From: Fonticula alba ATCC 38817 | Taxonomy: Eukaryota; Protista; Nucleariida | Assembly: GCA_000388065.2 (NCBI GenBank) | Contig: KB932203.1 | DNA length: 52,476 nt | Strand: one strand, 5' to 3' | Shown: piece after piece, positions 12,571 to 24,616 of the stretch | Numbering within the stretch: position 1 is the first letter of the stretch | How the letters are laid out: each line of letters starts with the position of its first letter | The notes under the pieces: model-generated | What the model was told of the DNA's origin: nothing | The model's database searches: none | The model's input: only the letters and a program-made list of their open reading frames with translations | Translations under genes and position numbers: made by a program

Positions 12571-13121
12571 NNNNNNNNNNNNNNNNNNNNNNNNNNNNNN
12601 NNNNNNNNNNNNNNNNNNNNNNNNNNNNNNNNNNNNNNNNNNNNNNNNNNNNNNNNNNNNNNNNNNNNNNNNNNNNNNNNNNNNNNNNNNNNNNNNNNNN
12701 NNNNNNNNNNNNNNNNNNNNNNNNNNNNNNNNNNNNNNNNNNNNNNNNNNNNNNNNNNNNNNNNNNNNNNNNNNNNNNNNNNNNNNNNNNNNNNNNNNNN
12801 NNNNNNNNNNNNNNNNNNNNNNNNNNNNNNNNNNNNNNNNNNNNNNNNNNNNNNNNNNNNNNNNNNNNNNNNNNNNNNNNNNNNNNNNNNNNNNNNNNNN
12901 NNNNNNNNNNNNNNNNNNNNNNNNNNNNNNNNNNNNNNNNNNNNNNNNNNNNNNNNNNNNNNNNNNNNNNNNNNNNNNNNNNNNNNNNNNNNNNNNNNNN
13001 NNNNNNNNNNNNNNNNNNNNNNNNNNNNNNNNNNNNNNNNNNNNNNNNNNNNNNNNNNNNNNNNNNNNNNNNNNNNNNNNNNNNNNNNNNNNNNNNNNNN
13101 NNNNNNNNNNNNNNNNNNNNN
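12571..13121. other. Scaffold N-gap (others at 583-644, 7071-7298, 15884-15953, 40354-40363)
   Basis: N runs, seen directly. Confidence 0.99.
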
Positions 13122-13150
13122 GGGAATGAACGCCCGCCCAGCGACAAGAT

Positions 13151-13194
<44 letters not shown>

Positions 13195-13583
13195 ACAGAG
13201 AAGGGGCTCAGGAATGGAGCCGATCGCCCTCGCGCCCGGACTTGTCGCCTCTTCCCGGGCTGCCGGAAGCCAAGACGCCACTTTGACCTGCTTCTTTTTG
13301 CCCGCCAGGCCGGTCCGTCCGGGTCAAAGCCCGGGCATGCTCTCCCCCCGCGCCCGGGTGCCCTTCGCATTCCATGGCCCCCCTGGGGGAGAGGCGCGGC
13401 CGGGTGTGAGAGACAATAGTGGCTGGGGAGGCACGGCGGTGGTGTGTGATGCTGGGCGTCAAACGGGCCAGCCCGACTAGCGGGCGCCAGCGACAACCGT
13501 GCGCAAGGTGCGCCCGCCGGGTCGGGAGGCGGAAAGACCGCCCGGCCCCGGGAGCTCTCTCTCTCTCTCTCTCTCTGGCTCTC

Positions 13584-13589
13584 TATAAA
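13584..13589 (+). promoter_or_regulatory. Candidate TATA box upstream of the Kazal gene
   Basis: TATAAA follows a (CT)n tract 170 nt upstream of ATG 13754, in very GC-rich DNA. No TSS data. Confidence 0.3.
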
Positions 13590-13753
13590 GGCCAGCGGGC
13601 TCGGGTGAGCGCAGCCTCCAACATCGACGGCACCCTCCAAGCTTTCCCCTTTCCCCCCTAGCCTGATCTCCCCCGCCCCTCGCCCCCTCCCGTCCGCCCG
13701 GCCGCTTTCCCCATCCCCTCGCCGCTGCGTCCTCTCGCACGCCTTCCCATACC

Positions 13754-14330
13754 ATGCTTCGTAAAGCCCTGGCCCTGCCGGTCCTCCTCCTTGCCCTGGC
13801 GGCCGCCTCCCTCGGTGCCGGGCAGAGCGCCGGAAGTACGCACGCGCATCCGCCCCCCCCCCCCTCCCCCCCCCTTTGCCTTCCCGTGCTGACACTTCGC
13901 TCGCCGCCTCTGCCGGCTGTCGGGACACAGCCGACGAGCCCGGATGCATGAGTGTCTGTCCTCCCCCGCCGCCCGATGAGGCGGGCCCCATTTGCGGCAC
14001 CGACTACAAGGAGTACTCGAGCCTGTGCGAGATGAACCGCACGGCCTGCCTGAAGAGCATGACCATTGACGTGCTGGTCTGGGGCTCCTGCCCTCGAGAG
14101 GAGGGCCAGAACGAGTGCGACATCTATTGCGACCCGGCTGACAGCGCCCCGGCTCCCGGGCAGCCGGACTCCCGGGTGTGCGGCAGCGACGGCGTCACCT
14201 ACGGCAGCCCGTGCATTGTGGAGCGCGTGGCGTGCGTCATGAACTCCCATCTGCCGGGGTCCGGCATCACGGTTGCCTACACCGGCCCCTGCCAGTGTAC
14301 GTTGATGTTCCCCCCCCCCCCCCCCCCCCG

Positions 14331-14393
<63 letters not shown>

Positions 14394-15389
14394 GGGGGCG
14401 CCCTCCTTCCTGCCTGGGCCTCGCGCGTGCCTCGTTATCCCCCCTTCGCGCCTTTTTCTCCCGGCTGTGTGTCCGACCACTGACGCCTCTGTCGTCCCTG
14501 TTCTTTTCGCTCCTCTTCGCTTTTTGCTCTCTCCTCTTCGCTTTTTGCTCTCTCCTCTTTGCTCTCTCCTCTTTGCTCCTCCCTCCTTGCTCCCCCCTCC
14601 TGCCTCGCCCCCTCCCCCTTTCCCCTTTCCCCCTTCCCCCCTCCTCCTCCCCCCCTCCCCTCTTCCCCACCCACACCTCCAGCCGACACCGGCCTCTGTG
14701 CCTCCCTGTGCGCTCCCCTGGCCAGCAACATGTGCCAGCGCAACTGCCCGGCCAAGAACAGCCGCTTCGATCGCGTGTGCGGCAGCGACGGCAAGACCTA
14801 CGCCTCGGCCTGCCACCTGGCCGAGTCCACCTGCCTCAGCTACGGCGAGGTGACCTACGTCAAGACCGGCACCTGCAACCCCAGCTGGAAGCCCGAGCAC
14901 TCGGCCATCCTGGCCGGCATCCTCGTCGGTGTGGCCGTCTTCGCCAGCCTGGCGGCCGCCCTGATGACGCGCAAGTTCACCCGGCCCATCGGCGGCCCGA
15001 AGGACCCGAACGCCGCGGCCGCCGACCTGGAGGAGCAGCCCGGCGCCGGCGGCAGCACCCCTGCCGGCTCCGGCCGCGGGGATGCCATTGAAATGCGCCA
15101 CCGGGCCATCCCCGGGGCCGGGGCCAATGGCAGCAACATCCACATGCTCAGCGCCATGAGCCTCGGCGAGTCCAGCAGCATGTACCTGCAGACCGACTCG
15201 ACCACCGGCTTCCTGGGCGACCCGACGGATGCCCCCTCGCGGCCGGCTCGCGGCCCGGCCGCTGTCCCCGCCGCCGGCCCGGCCGCGGCTCCGGCCTCCC
15301 CGCGCACCCACGTCATCGTCGCCTCCTCTCCGCGAGCGGCGCCGGCGGCCGACGCCGATGCCGATCCCGGCGCCTCGTCGGACCTGTGA
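13754..15389 (+). CDS. Type I membrane protein with three Kazal/follistatin-like domains, 3 exons
   Basis: Exons 13754-13835, 13931-14296, 14683-15389 are phase-compatible. Signal peptide MLRKALALPVLLLALAAASLG. Kazal motifs ICGTDYKEYSSLC, VCGSDGVTYGSPC, VCGSDGKTYASAC. TM AILAGILVGVAVFASLAAALM followed by TRK, then a cytoplasmic tail. Confidence 0.85.
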
Positions 15390-16057
15390 GGGCGGGGCCA
15401 AGCGTTGGCACCCGCTTGTCCTCCCCCCTCCCCCCCCGAACCGCCGCGCCCACTTTACCCACACGCGCCCTCAATATACACGCCTTGCACACATACACAC
15501 ACACACACACGCACGCGTACACGCATACACGCCCTTGCGCCCGGGAGTGCCTGTCTCCGGCTCCGGGGGATGGAGAAAAAAGTCAGATTGCCGCCGAGGG
15601 GGGTTCGGGGCAGGACACAGAGAACACGCGAGATCTGGCCGTCCCCGCGGCTCGAGGGGCCCGGCTCGGGGAGGCGTGGCCGAGGAAGCCCGGACAATGC
15701 TGTCGCATGGCGCCCTGCCGGGGGGTGTGCGGCTCTCCCTCGCCGTCTCTCGTCTCTTTGGCTCGGCTCGGCCCTTATCCCCGTGTGTTCCCTCCTCTCC
15801 TCCTCGTCCGCGCGCCGATCAGGTGCTTGCCCCCGGGGCCGGCCGCCGGTGTCGCCCCCACCAGCGACAGGCCCCCCCCCCCCNNNNNNNNNNNNNNNNN
15901 NNNNNNNNNNNNNNNNNNNNNNNNNNNNNNNNNNNNNNNNNNNNNNNNNNNNNCCCCCCCCACCCCCCGATTGGGGACCCCCCCTTGCCCTGCCCTCCCC
16001 ACTTGCCATCCTCCCCCCTCCTTTGGCTTCTGCCTGTGCACCGGCGGCGCGAAGCCC

Positions 16058-19000
16058 ATGCCCTCGCCGGGAGGGTCCTCCCCGCCGGCCGGCGAGTCGC
16101 CGTCTCCATCGCCAGGGCCGCAGGGCCACCCCGGCCCGGGGCCCGCGGCCGGCGCCAGCCCCGGGCTCGGGGTCCATGACCTGCCGCCGGAGCTGATGCT
16201 CATGGTGCTGGCCCGGCTGGCCGAGGCCCGGCGATCGGCGCACGTCCCGCGCTCGCGCGAAGGGCCGCCCTTCACCGCCGGCGGCCTCGGCGACGTGGCC
16301 GCCTGCGCGCGAGCCTCCCGGCGCTGGGCCGCCCTGGCCACCAGCCCCCGCACCGAGGACCCCCGGCCGGTGAGCTGGCCGGCCGTGGCGGTGACCGTGG
16401 CGGCCCCGGGGCCGGATGTGGACTTCCTGACCGGCGCCGGGGAGGCCTTCGCCGGGCGCCGGCGCATCGACACCCTGCACCTCACCGGCCCGGGGGTGTA
16501 TGGCCGCCTGGTGCCGGCCGGCCGGCCGGTCCCGTCGCCCGGCGGCCCTGGCGGCCCCGGCGGCCCCGGCGCCGCTCTGCTGGCATCGCTCTCCGGGCAG
16601 GGCGACCTGGACTGGGCAGCCGGCCGCCCGGGCGAGCCCGGCCCCCCGGCCGGCTCCGGCTGGCTGCACATCGAGGCGCTGCAGGTGGACTTCCACCCGG
16701 GCTTCATTCGGTACCCCGGCGCGCGGGCCCCCGGGGCGCCGCGGTCCCTGCAGGATGCCCAGGCCCGGCAGGTCGGGTCCCCGTGGCCGGCTGCCGCCCT
16801 GGTGGGGCTCCTCCGGTCGGTGGCCCGCCCAGGTCCCCTGGCCCTGCCGAGCGTGTGCAGCCTCTCCCGGCGGACGGCCGCCTGGCCCGGGGCCTTTCCC
16901 CCGGCACCCGGGTGCACCCTGGTCCACCTGCACCTGGACTGCATCAACTTCACCGAGCTCCGGGCATTGGTGCGGCTGTGCACGCCGCAGGCCCCGGCCG
17001 GGGCCGGCCGCCCGGGGCCCGACTACCGCGGGGCCTGGTGCGTTGCCCCGAGCCTCCGGTGCCTGACCGTGATCGCGTGCGTCGTCAATCTGGAGGCCAT
17101 TTCCGACTCGCGGCACACCGGCCCCCCCCCCGGGCTCCGGCCTCTGCTCTCGCGAATGGACGTGCGCTTCCTGCCCGTTCCCCGGCCCCGGCAGGGGGTC
17201 TTCGGCTTCGATGGGCGCGCCCTCACCGCCCTCACGCTGCTGGGGTTCGCCCACCTCCCCGGGCCGGGGGAGGACCTGGCCGCGGCGGCGGCCGCCGCCC
17301 GCTGGCCGGCCCTCACCCACCTTCGCCTCGACTGGCCGACGCTCCCCCCCCCGGCGGATGGGGCCCTGGCCGACATGTGCCGGGCCCAGTCGCGTGCCAC
17401 GCGCCAGCACTTCGCCGAGCGCCTTCTCTGGGCTCGTGGGATCCTCCACCGCCGGGCCCTTGGCCGCCTGCCGATCGAGCAGCCCGTGCCCTTGGCCGAC
17501 TCGGCCTCCAGCCCGTCCGACTTGTTGGAGGGTCCGCCCGGCCCGGCGGCCCCCCGGGACGACCCGGCGCCCATGCTGCCTGCCGGCCCCCCGGTCGCCC
17601 GGAGCCCCGTCTCTCGCACGCCGTACCTCCCGGCCCCGGACCACCCGGCCCGGGCCATGCACTTCCTGGACTCCCCGCTGGCCGTGGCCCAATGCCCCTG
17701 CCTCCGGGCGGATCTCCTGCAAACCCGGCGATCTGCCGGGCTGCCCCTCTCGGCGCAGCCGCCCTGGCCGCCGGGACAGTGGCCCGACGCCGGGGCCCGC
17801 CCGCCCGGGGATGGCCCCCCGCCGCCGGCTGCCGGCTGCCCGCCGGCCACGGCGCCGGATGTCTCCTGCTGGCGGCCCCCCCTGGCGGTCATCCTCCCGG
17901 CCGCCGCGGCCACCGACGTCCACCTGTCCTGGGGCCCGGTGGACTTGGTCCAGCCGGTCCCGGCGCCCGGGCGGTCGGCCGCCCGCTTCCACCTCCTGGA
18001 CCCGGACACCGAGTCCCCCGTCCACGGGCTGGGCCTTCGGTGCGCCATGGAGGACGTCCTCGGCCCGGCCGGCGGCCTGGCCTCCCTCACGAGCCAGCTT
18101 CAGGATTGGCTTCCCGCGGCGGGCAGCCGGCGCCCGGGCCCCAGTCCCAGCCTGGAGGCCCTCCTCCGGCCGCTGGTGCACCTGCGTAGCCTGGATCTGA
18201 ATCTCCCCCCGCCGGCGCCCGGGTCGGCCCTTGCCCGGGCCGGCGCCGGGTGCCCCGTGTGCGTGCCCGGCGCCGGGGCTCGGACCCGCGCGGCCCGGCC
18301 CATGCCCCATCTGCGGGCCTTCCGCGGCCACTGCCGGTGGCTCGACGCCCTGGCACCCGGCCAGGCCTGCTGCCTGGCCCGCCAGCTGAATTCCCTCTGC
18401 CTTGTGCCGGCCCTCGGCACGGCCGGCGACGAGCCGCCGGTGTCCGGGGCCGGGGTGCGCGACCTACGCGCCCTGGCATCCCCCCCCGGGGCCCCCATGC
18501 TGCCGGCCGTCGACGCCCTCCACCTGACGGCCGACAGCCTGGACCAGGTGACCGAGCTCCTCTTCCCCCGGTGCCAAGCCGGCCCCGGCTGCGCCGCATG
18601 CACCCCGGCCTCCACCCGGGGGGATCTCCTGAAGGTGCCCCTTTGCCCGGCGGTCCAGGCCGGCTGGCTGGCCACGCGCCAGCGCCTGCGCCGCCTCAGC
18701 ATCCTTGTCGACCGGTGCGTCCAACCGGCCATTGCCCCGGGCGGTGGCCTGGCGGCTTGGCCTCGCCGCCCCGGGGGCTGCCTGCCATCTGCCGGCTAAC
18801 CCGAATGTCGCCCCTTCCTCCTCGCCCCTCCCGCCGCCCCGGACACGCCAGCTCCATCACTGATGGCGACTTGCGCTCGCTCCTGGGGTGCTTCCTGCGC
18901 CGGCCACTGGCGCCCGGCCAGCCCGACGCGCCGGCGCCGGCCCCCCCGGCCCTCGAGCGCCTGAGCATCCTCGGGTCTCTGGACAACGACGCCACCGAGG

Positions 19001-20221
19001 GTCCGCCATCAGCTCTTCCCGCTTGTCCCCGCCCCCGGCCATGAATGTGCTATTGACACCCTGCCTCGGTCCCGGGCTCCCCCTGCTGTCCCCTGCCCTG
19101 CCCTGCCCTGCCCTGCCCTGCCCGGACAGACACCCTGGCCCTGCTGGGGCGCTTTGAGCGCCTCTCCTGCCTGCGTCTCAACCGGCTGACCGGTGCCTCC
19201 AATGGCACGGGCTTCGTGGTGCGCCCCCGCGCCCCTGGCTCGCACATGCCGATGCCCCCCTTCGCACACACCTTTGCACGTGGCTCTTACACGCACCGCC
19301 TTCCCCCCCCCCCCCCCCTGTCCAATGGGCTCGGCAGGGCACCCTCCTCCGCCGGGCGCAGGGGGTCCCCCTGCAGGAGCTCTGCCTCGACCGGCCGTAC
19401 GGCTTGAATGCCAGCCGCAGCGTGGCCGGCCTGCGCGACACGCTGATGCACTTCCTGTCGGCGGACTTCCGCCGCGAGCAGAAGCCCCACATGCGGCACA
19501 TCCCGACCGGGGCCCAGGTGGCCACGGTCCCCGCCTCGGCCACCTCGCTGGAGGTCCTGCGCCTCTTCTTCGGCGAGATGCCAGCCCGGTGCGGCGCCCC
19601 TCGTTCCCCCTGCCCTCTCCGCCATCCTCCCGGCCATTCTCCCCTCCCCATAAGGCCCCCCTCATTGCGGCTGACCGTTCCACGCGCGCCCCCCCCCCCC
19701 CCCCCCCCTCTGGTGCGCCCTTGCCGCGCAATAGAGGCGCGCAATTCGGCTTCCTCCGTGGCCTGCCCAATCTCCGGGTTCTGCACATCCGCGCGCTCGA
19801 GCTCGACGTCCCGGGCGTCAAGCGGCATTTGGACACGGAGCCGGCCCCGGAGGCTGGGGCGGCCCGGGCGTCCAAGCGCCGACGCGCCACCGGCACGCCC
19901 GACCCCCCCCGGCCCCGGGGCCCGCCACCGCCTCCGACCGTGGTCCACCGGGTGGAGGCCCTCCCCCGGAGCCCGGCACCCCTGCTGCGCACCCCGCTGG
20001 CCCGGTGGCTGGAGCTCCTCCACACTCATGCCACCTTCGAGGCCACTCCCCTGGACCAGCAGGTGGTCCTGACACCGGGCAGCTGGCCGGCATCGGCCGT
20101 CGACCAGACGCTGGCCCGCATCGGGTCAACCGGGGCCCCGCTGCCGGCCGAGCCCACCGGCTGGTTCACCCCGGACCTGATCCACTGCCCCTCGGGGCCG
20201 GCCTTCTCCGGAGACCCCTAA
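16058..20221 (+). CDS. F-box protein with degenerate LRR-like C-terminal repeats, multi-exon
   Basis: F-box-like HDLPPELMLMVLARL ... VAACARASRRWAAL. LRR-like units IDTLHLTG, LVHLHLDCIN, LRCLTVIAC, LTHLRLDWP, LRSLDLNL, LERLSILG, LPNLRVLHIRA. Exons continue past the ORF stop at 18799 (donor 18715, acceptor 18850) to TAA 20221. Start uncertain because of the N-gap upstream. Confidence 0.65.
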
Positions 20222-20711
20222 GGCCGCGCGCCTCCCGCCGTCGGCGCCGCCGCCGCCACTTCCATCTTCCCCTGTGCCCCGGGGGCCCGTCTCCAAAGCC
20301 CCTTTATAGAGGGAGCCGGGCTCCCCGGCGCACGCACCTGTCCAAACACGGAGATAAAAGGACGGAGTCTAAGGAGGGTATATTTCGTTCTAACGTGGCC
20401 GAGGCCGCGAAGCAGGGAGGGGCGAGGGGGGAGGCAAACCAAAAGAGGGAGAGGCCGAGGGAGGGAGAGAGAGAGAGAAGGAGGCAGGGAGAAAGAGAGA
20501 GAGAGAGGGAATAGTGGGAGAGGCACAGGCCGTACACGCGCGCGCGGCACATGCCAAAAGCATGCACACTATGTGCTGGCACATGGCGCACGGCCGCGCA
20601 CGGCCAAGGCCACACGTAGACCCACGCGAGGGACGTCCCCCGGCCGCGAGACACGAGGCGGCTGTCGCTCGCGCGGCCGGTCCGGCTCCCGCCCCCGGCC
20701 CGGACGAACGC

Positions 20712-22533
20712 CTACGGCCCGGTCAGCGGAAGAACCGCCTCCAGCTTGGCCTCGCCACCTTTCTCCAAATTCCACGTGTACTGGGCCCAGATCCCCTCGC
20801 CGGTGAGGACAATCACCGAGTCCGAGTGCGTGCCGACGGCCACCTTGCTCGAGTGCAAGTCCGCCATGAGGCCACCCCCGGCGGCGCCGATGGCCATGCC
20901 TGCATCACCATCGGTCGGCTTCAACAACGACATCTGCCCGCGCAGATCCCCGGCGAAGGCGCACGTGCAGATGACCGCCCCGCGGTTGCGCGGCCGGGAG
21001 TCCGTGCCGATCCCCGCCGCCGCCAGCCGCTGGCGGACCGACTGGAAGCTGGCCGGCAAGTCCGCCAGCACCGGCGCCTTGAACCAGGAAAAGGACCAGC
21101 TCGACCGGAAGTAACTGGCCCCGATCCAGGACAGGCCGCTGGTGCGGTTGGACAGCCGGAAGGCAAAGTCCTGGGTCAGCCCCTCCAAGCCGGAGGCCGA
21201 TGAGGAGCCCGCCGACCCGCCGGCGCCCGGCGCGGCCGCCCCGGCGCCCGGCGCCCCGGCAGCCGCACTGGACGACGCGCCCGCGGCCCCGGCCGACCCC
21301 GGTGCCTCGGCCGACCCCGGCGCCTGGACCAGCACCGACCACACATTGTAAATGTGCACCGTGCCCCGGTCGCTGGACACCAGGAGCTGATCACCGCCCG
21401 GGCTGAAGCGCAGGCACTGGATGACCGCCCCCTCGGAGCCACGGCGGAATTCCAGCAGCTTCTTCGGCCGCAAGTGCAAGCTCGATGCACCGAGCGTCGC
21501 GACGGTCGACGGGGCCCCATCCGACGACAACGACGCGGCACCCACCGGGTCCGGGGCGCCGGGGGTGGCGGTGGCGGCGACGGCCGCCGCCGCGGCCGCC
21601 ATCGCAACCGTCGCCGAGCTGGCCGCCTGGTCGCCAGCCAGCTCCGCCGGCCGCCGCAGGCCGATGATCTCCCGGTGAATGGCCGAGAGATCCCAAATCC
21701 GGATGAGGGTGCCCCGCTCGGAGCAGGTGGCCAGCAGCGAGCCATCCTGGCTGAAGGCCATGGCGCGGATGGGCGAATCGTGCGCCCGGAAGCTGAGAAT
21801 CTCCTGCGGCACGGGGTATGTGACCGTCTCCCCGGGCAGGGTCCCGGGCAGGTGGAAGAGCGTGATGGCCCCGGGGGCCGGCCAGTCGCCGGTACCGGCC
21901 GGGGGGAAGGCCAGCAGCGTGATGCTCGACATGTCGGAGGTCAAGGCCACGCCGTTGCGCGAGTGCCGCGCCGTCGGGAAGGAGGCCAGCTTCTCCAGCG
22001 AGGCGGTCAGCGAGTGGATGCGCACGTCGGTCTCCGTCGAGCACACCAGGTGGTACCGCGACAGATGCAGCGAGGCCACCGGCTCGGGCAGGTCCACGCT
22101 CGACACCAGGGCCCCATGGCCCTGGTCGGCCGCCTGGTCATAGAGATTCACGCGTGTCGAGGGGAAGGTGGCCGAGTCGCCCACGAAGGCCAGCAGGCTG
22201 TGCCGGTAGATTTGCCCGATCAGCGAGACATTGGCCCCGGGGATGAGGCACTCCACCCGCTGCCGAAGCGGCCGCGTGTTGAACAGGGACAGGCCATTTT
22301 GGTAGCCGATCGCGAAGCCGGAGGCGTCCTACGGCATCCGCGCGAGACCCGAACCCCGGGGCCGGCACGCGGCAGGGGGGCCGAGATGTCAGAGGCAAGC
22401 CCGGCATGCTGCGTGGGGCGGAGCGAGGGGAGGGGAGGGGGGGGGGCGCCGGGGGAACAGGCACCAGGAGGAACACCCTTGGGCCACATACCTGGTTGAA
22501 GTCCGCGAAGAGGATTTCCCCGAGTTCCTCCAT
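20712..22533 (-). CDS. PROPPIN WD40 phosphoinositide-binding autophagy protein (Atg18/Hsv2/WIPI3-4 family), 552 aa
   Basis: Exon 22533-22492 (MEELGEILFADFNQ) joins 22328-20712 (DASGFAIGYQNGLSLFNTRPL..., AHDSPIRAMAFSQDGSLLATCSERGTLIRIW, EFRRG, SSDRGTVHIY, RSSWSF). N-terminus and SxWSF motif resemble WIPI3/4/Hsv2. Confidence 0.9.
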
Positions 22534-23117
22534 GGCGCTGGGAGAGACGGGCGAAGAGGCGGGGCGGGCGAAGGGGGGAAAGGGCAAGAGGGATGGCGAG
22601 AATGTGCTCGGGGGGGGGGGGGGGGGGGAGGGCCGAAGGATGCCTTCGCGCACGGTGGGGTTGTTGGCAACCGCCTCGGTAGCATTCCCCAGGAATGGGC
22701 CGCACTTTTCACCCTGGCGCCAGGGGTACAGGGACGCCCGGGCGCCCGGGGGCGTGCGCCCGGGAGCGTGGATGGCCGGGGCTCTGACATGCATAAGACA
22801 CACGCACACACACGCAGAAACGCACACACACACATACACACATACACACGTACACCCGCAGAACACAATGCTAGCGCGCCAACACCATCCCCAACTCGCC
22901 CTCAGCCCCGTGAGTCGCCCTCCGGCAAGTCACGCCACAAAGTCAGCCGCCGGTTGATCTCCCCCGGGAGTACCAACGATCGTCCACTTTTGTCGATCTC
23001 CCCTCGCGATCCCAGTCACCGGCGCCGGCACACCGGGCCATTGTCCTCCTGCGCTGTTCCCCTTCCCCTTTCCCTCCGCTCGCGCCCTCTCCCCCCCCCC
23101 CGCCCCCCCCTGTTACG

Positions 23118-24431
23118 ATGTCCAATCGCCGCCAGAAGGTATGGCTCCTGCATGCCCCGCCCCCTCCCCAGCTCGGGGCCTCCCCTTCCTTCCTGCTGTC
23201 CCTTCCTGTTCCTCCCCCCCTCCCGTCAGCGGGCTCTATTCCTGTCCCCCGGTGTTCCTGTGTCCCCCTCCTTCGGCCGGTCCCCCATCTGACACCCCCT
23301 CTCTCCGTCGCGCTCTCTCTCTCCATCCCAGGGGGTCATCCTCGAACGCGGAATCGTGTACGGCAATTCGGCCACCCTCCTGGCCCGACCCACCGACAAC
23401 GGCCACACACACAAGTGGACGGTTTACGTGCGCGGCCTCTATGGCGAAGACATTTCCTACTTCGTCCGCAAGATCAGCTTCAAGCTCCACGAGAGTTTCT
23501 CCCCCCAGACGCGTGGTGCGACCGGCCGAGCCCCATGCCCGATGCCCTTTGGCTGCCTCCTGCCCGAGCCCAACCGAACTCATGCCCCCCCCCCCCCCCC
23601 CCCCCCCTCCCTGGCGCCCGGCATGCCTGCCCACCCGCCAGTCGTCGACACACACCCCTTCGAGCTGACCGAGACCGGGTGGGGCGAGTTCGAAATCCAA
23701 ATCCGACTCTTCTTCCACGATCCGCACGAGAAGCCCGTGGTTCTGCTCCATCCCCTTCGCCTGTACCCGGTGGAGGGGATAACCACAGAGCGTGATGCCG
23801 GCAAGCTGGTCGTTGCCGAGCGCTACGACGAAGTGGTGCGCCTCCTCCCATGCCCGTCTTGGCTCCCGGTCCCGGTCCTCCCCCTCCCGATGCCTGGCCT
23901 GACTTGTCCTCCCCCTCGCCCCATGCCCAAGATCTTCAACGAGCCCACCCATGTGATGGCCAACCAGCTGGAGCTCGGCCCGCCGGCCGGCTACGACGCC
24001 ACCCCGACCGACTCCTCCAAGTACAGTGCGTGCACCCCCGGTCCTGAGCATCCCCCCTCCACACACACACACACGCGCACACGCGCGCACACACATAAAC
24101 ACACACATAAACACACACATATACACACACATATACACACACATATACACACACACATACACACACGCACACATACACACACGCACACATACACACACGC
24201 ACACATACGCGCACGCACGCGCACGCACGCGCACGTAGACTGACCCCGCCGGCCCCGGCTCCGAACACAGTTAGCGAAGTCGAAACCATCGAGCTCCGGC
24301 AGATCGCCGAGGCTGAGGCCGCCGTGTGCAAGCAAATCGAAGCCGCCCAGCAAAAGCTCGCCCAGCTGGACCAGGGACTGCTGGTCCTCAACCGCGAGGT
24401 GGCCGAGATGGAGGCCGAGCGGGCCCGGTAG
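23118..24431 (+). CDS. YAF9: YEATS-domain protein Yaf9/GAS41 (NuA4/SWR1 subunit), multi-exon
   Basis: MSNRRQK|GVILERGIVYGNSA..GHTHKWTVYVRG..DISYFVRKISFKLHESF, PFELTETGWGEFEIQIRLFF, VVAERYDEV|IFNEPT, then a C-terminal coiled coil ending at TAG 24429-24431. Confidence 0.93.
24060..24235. repeat. Compound (CA)n/(CATA)/(CG) microsatellite in a Yaf9 intron
   Basis: Seen directly. Confidence 0.85.
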
Positions 24432-24616
24432 CGCAAAACACACATGTACCCTCCTCTCCCACCACAAGAATGCCTCGGGCTGGCCCGGCACCGAAATACA
24501 ACTCCCCTCTGGGTCAGACGTGCTTTCTTTTTTCTCCATTTGCCTGGGCCCACCGGCACCAAGGGCCACCTCTCCCAACGGGACACGCACAGACACACCG
24601 GGGCCCGGGACACGGC

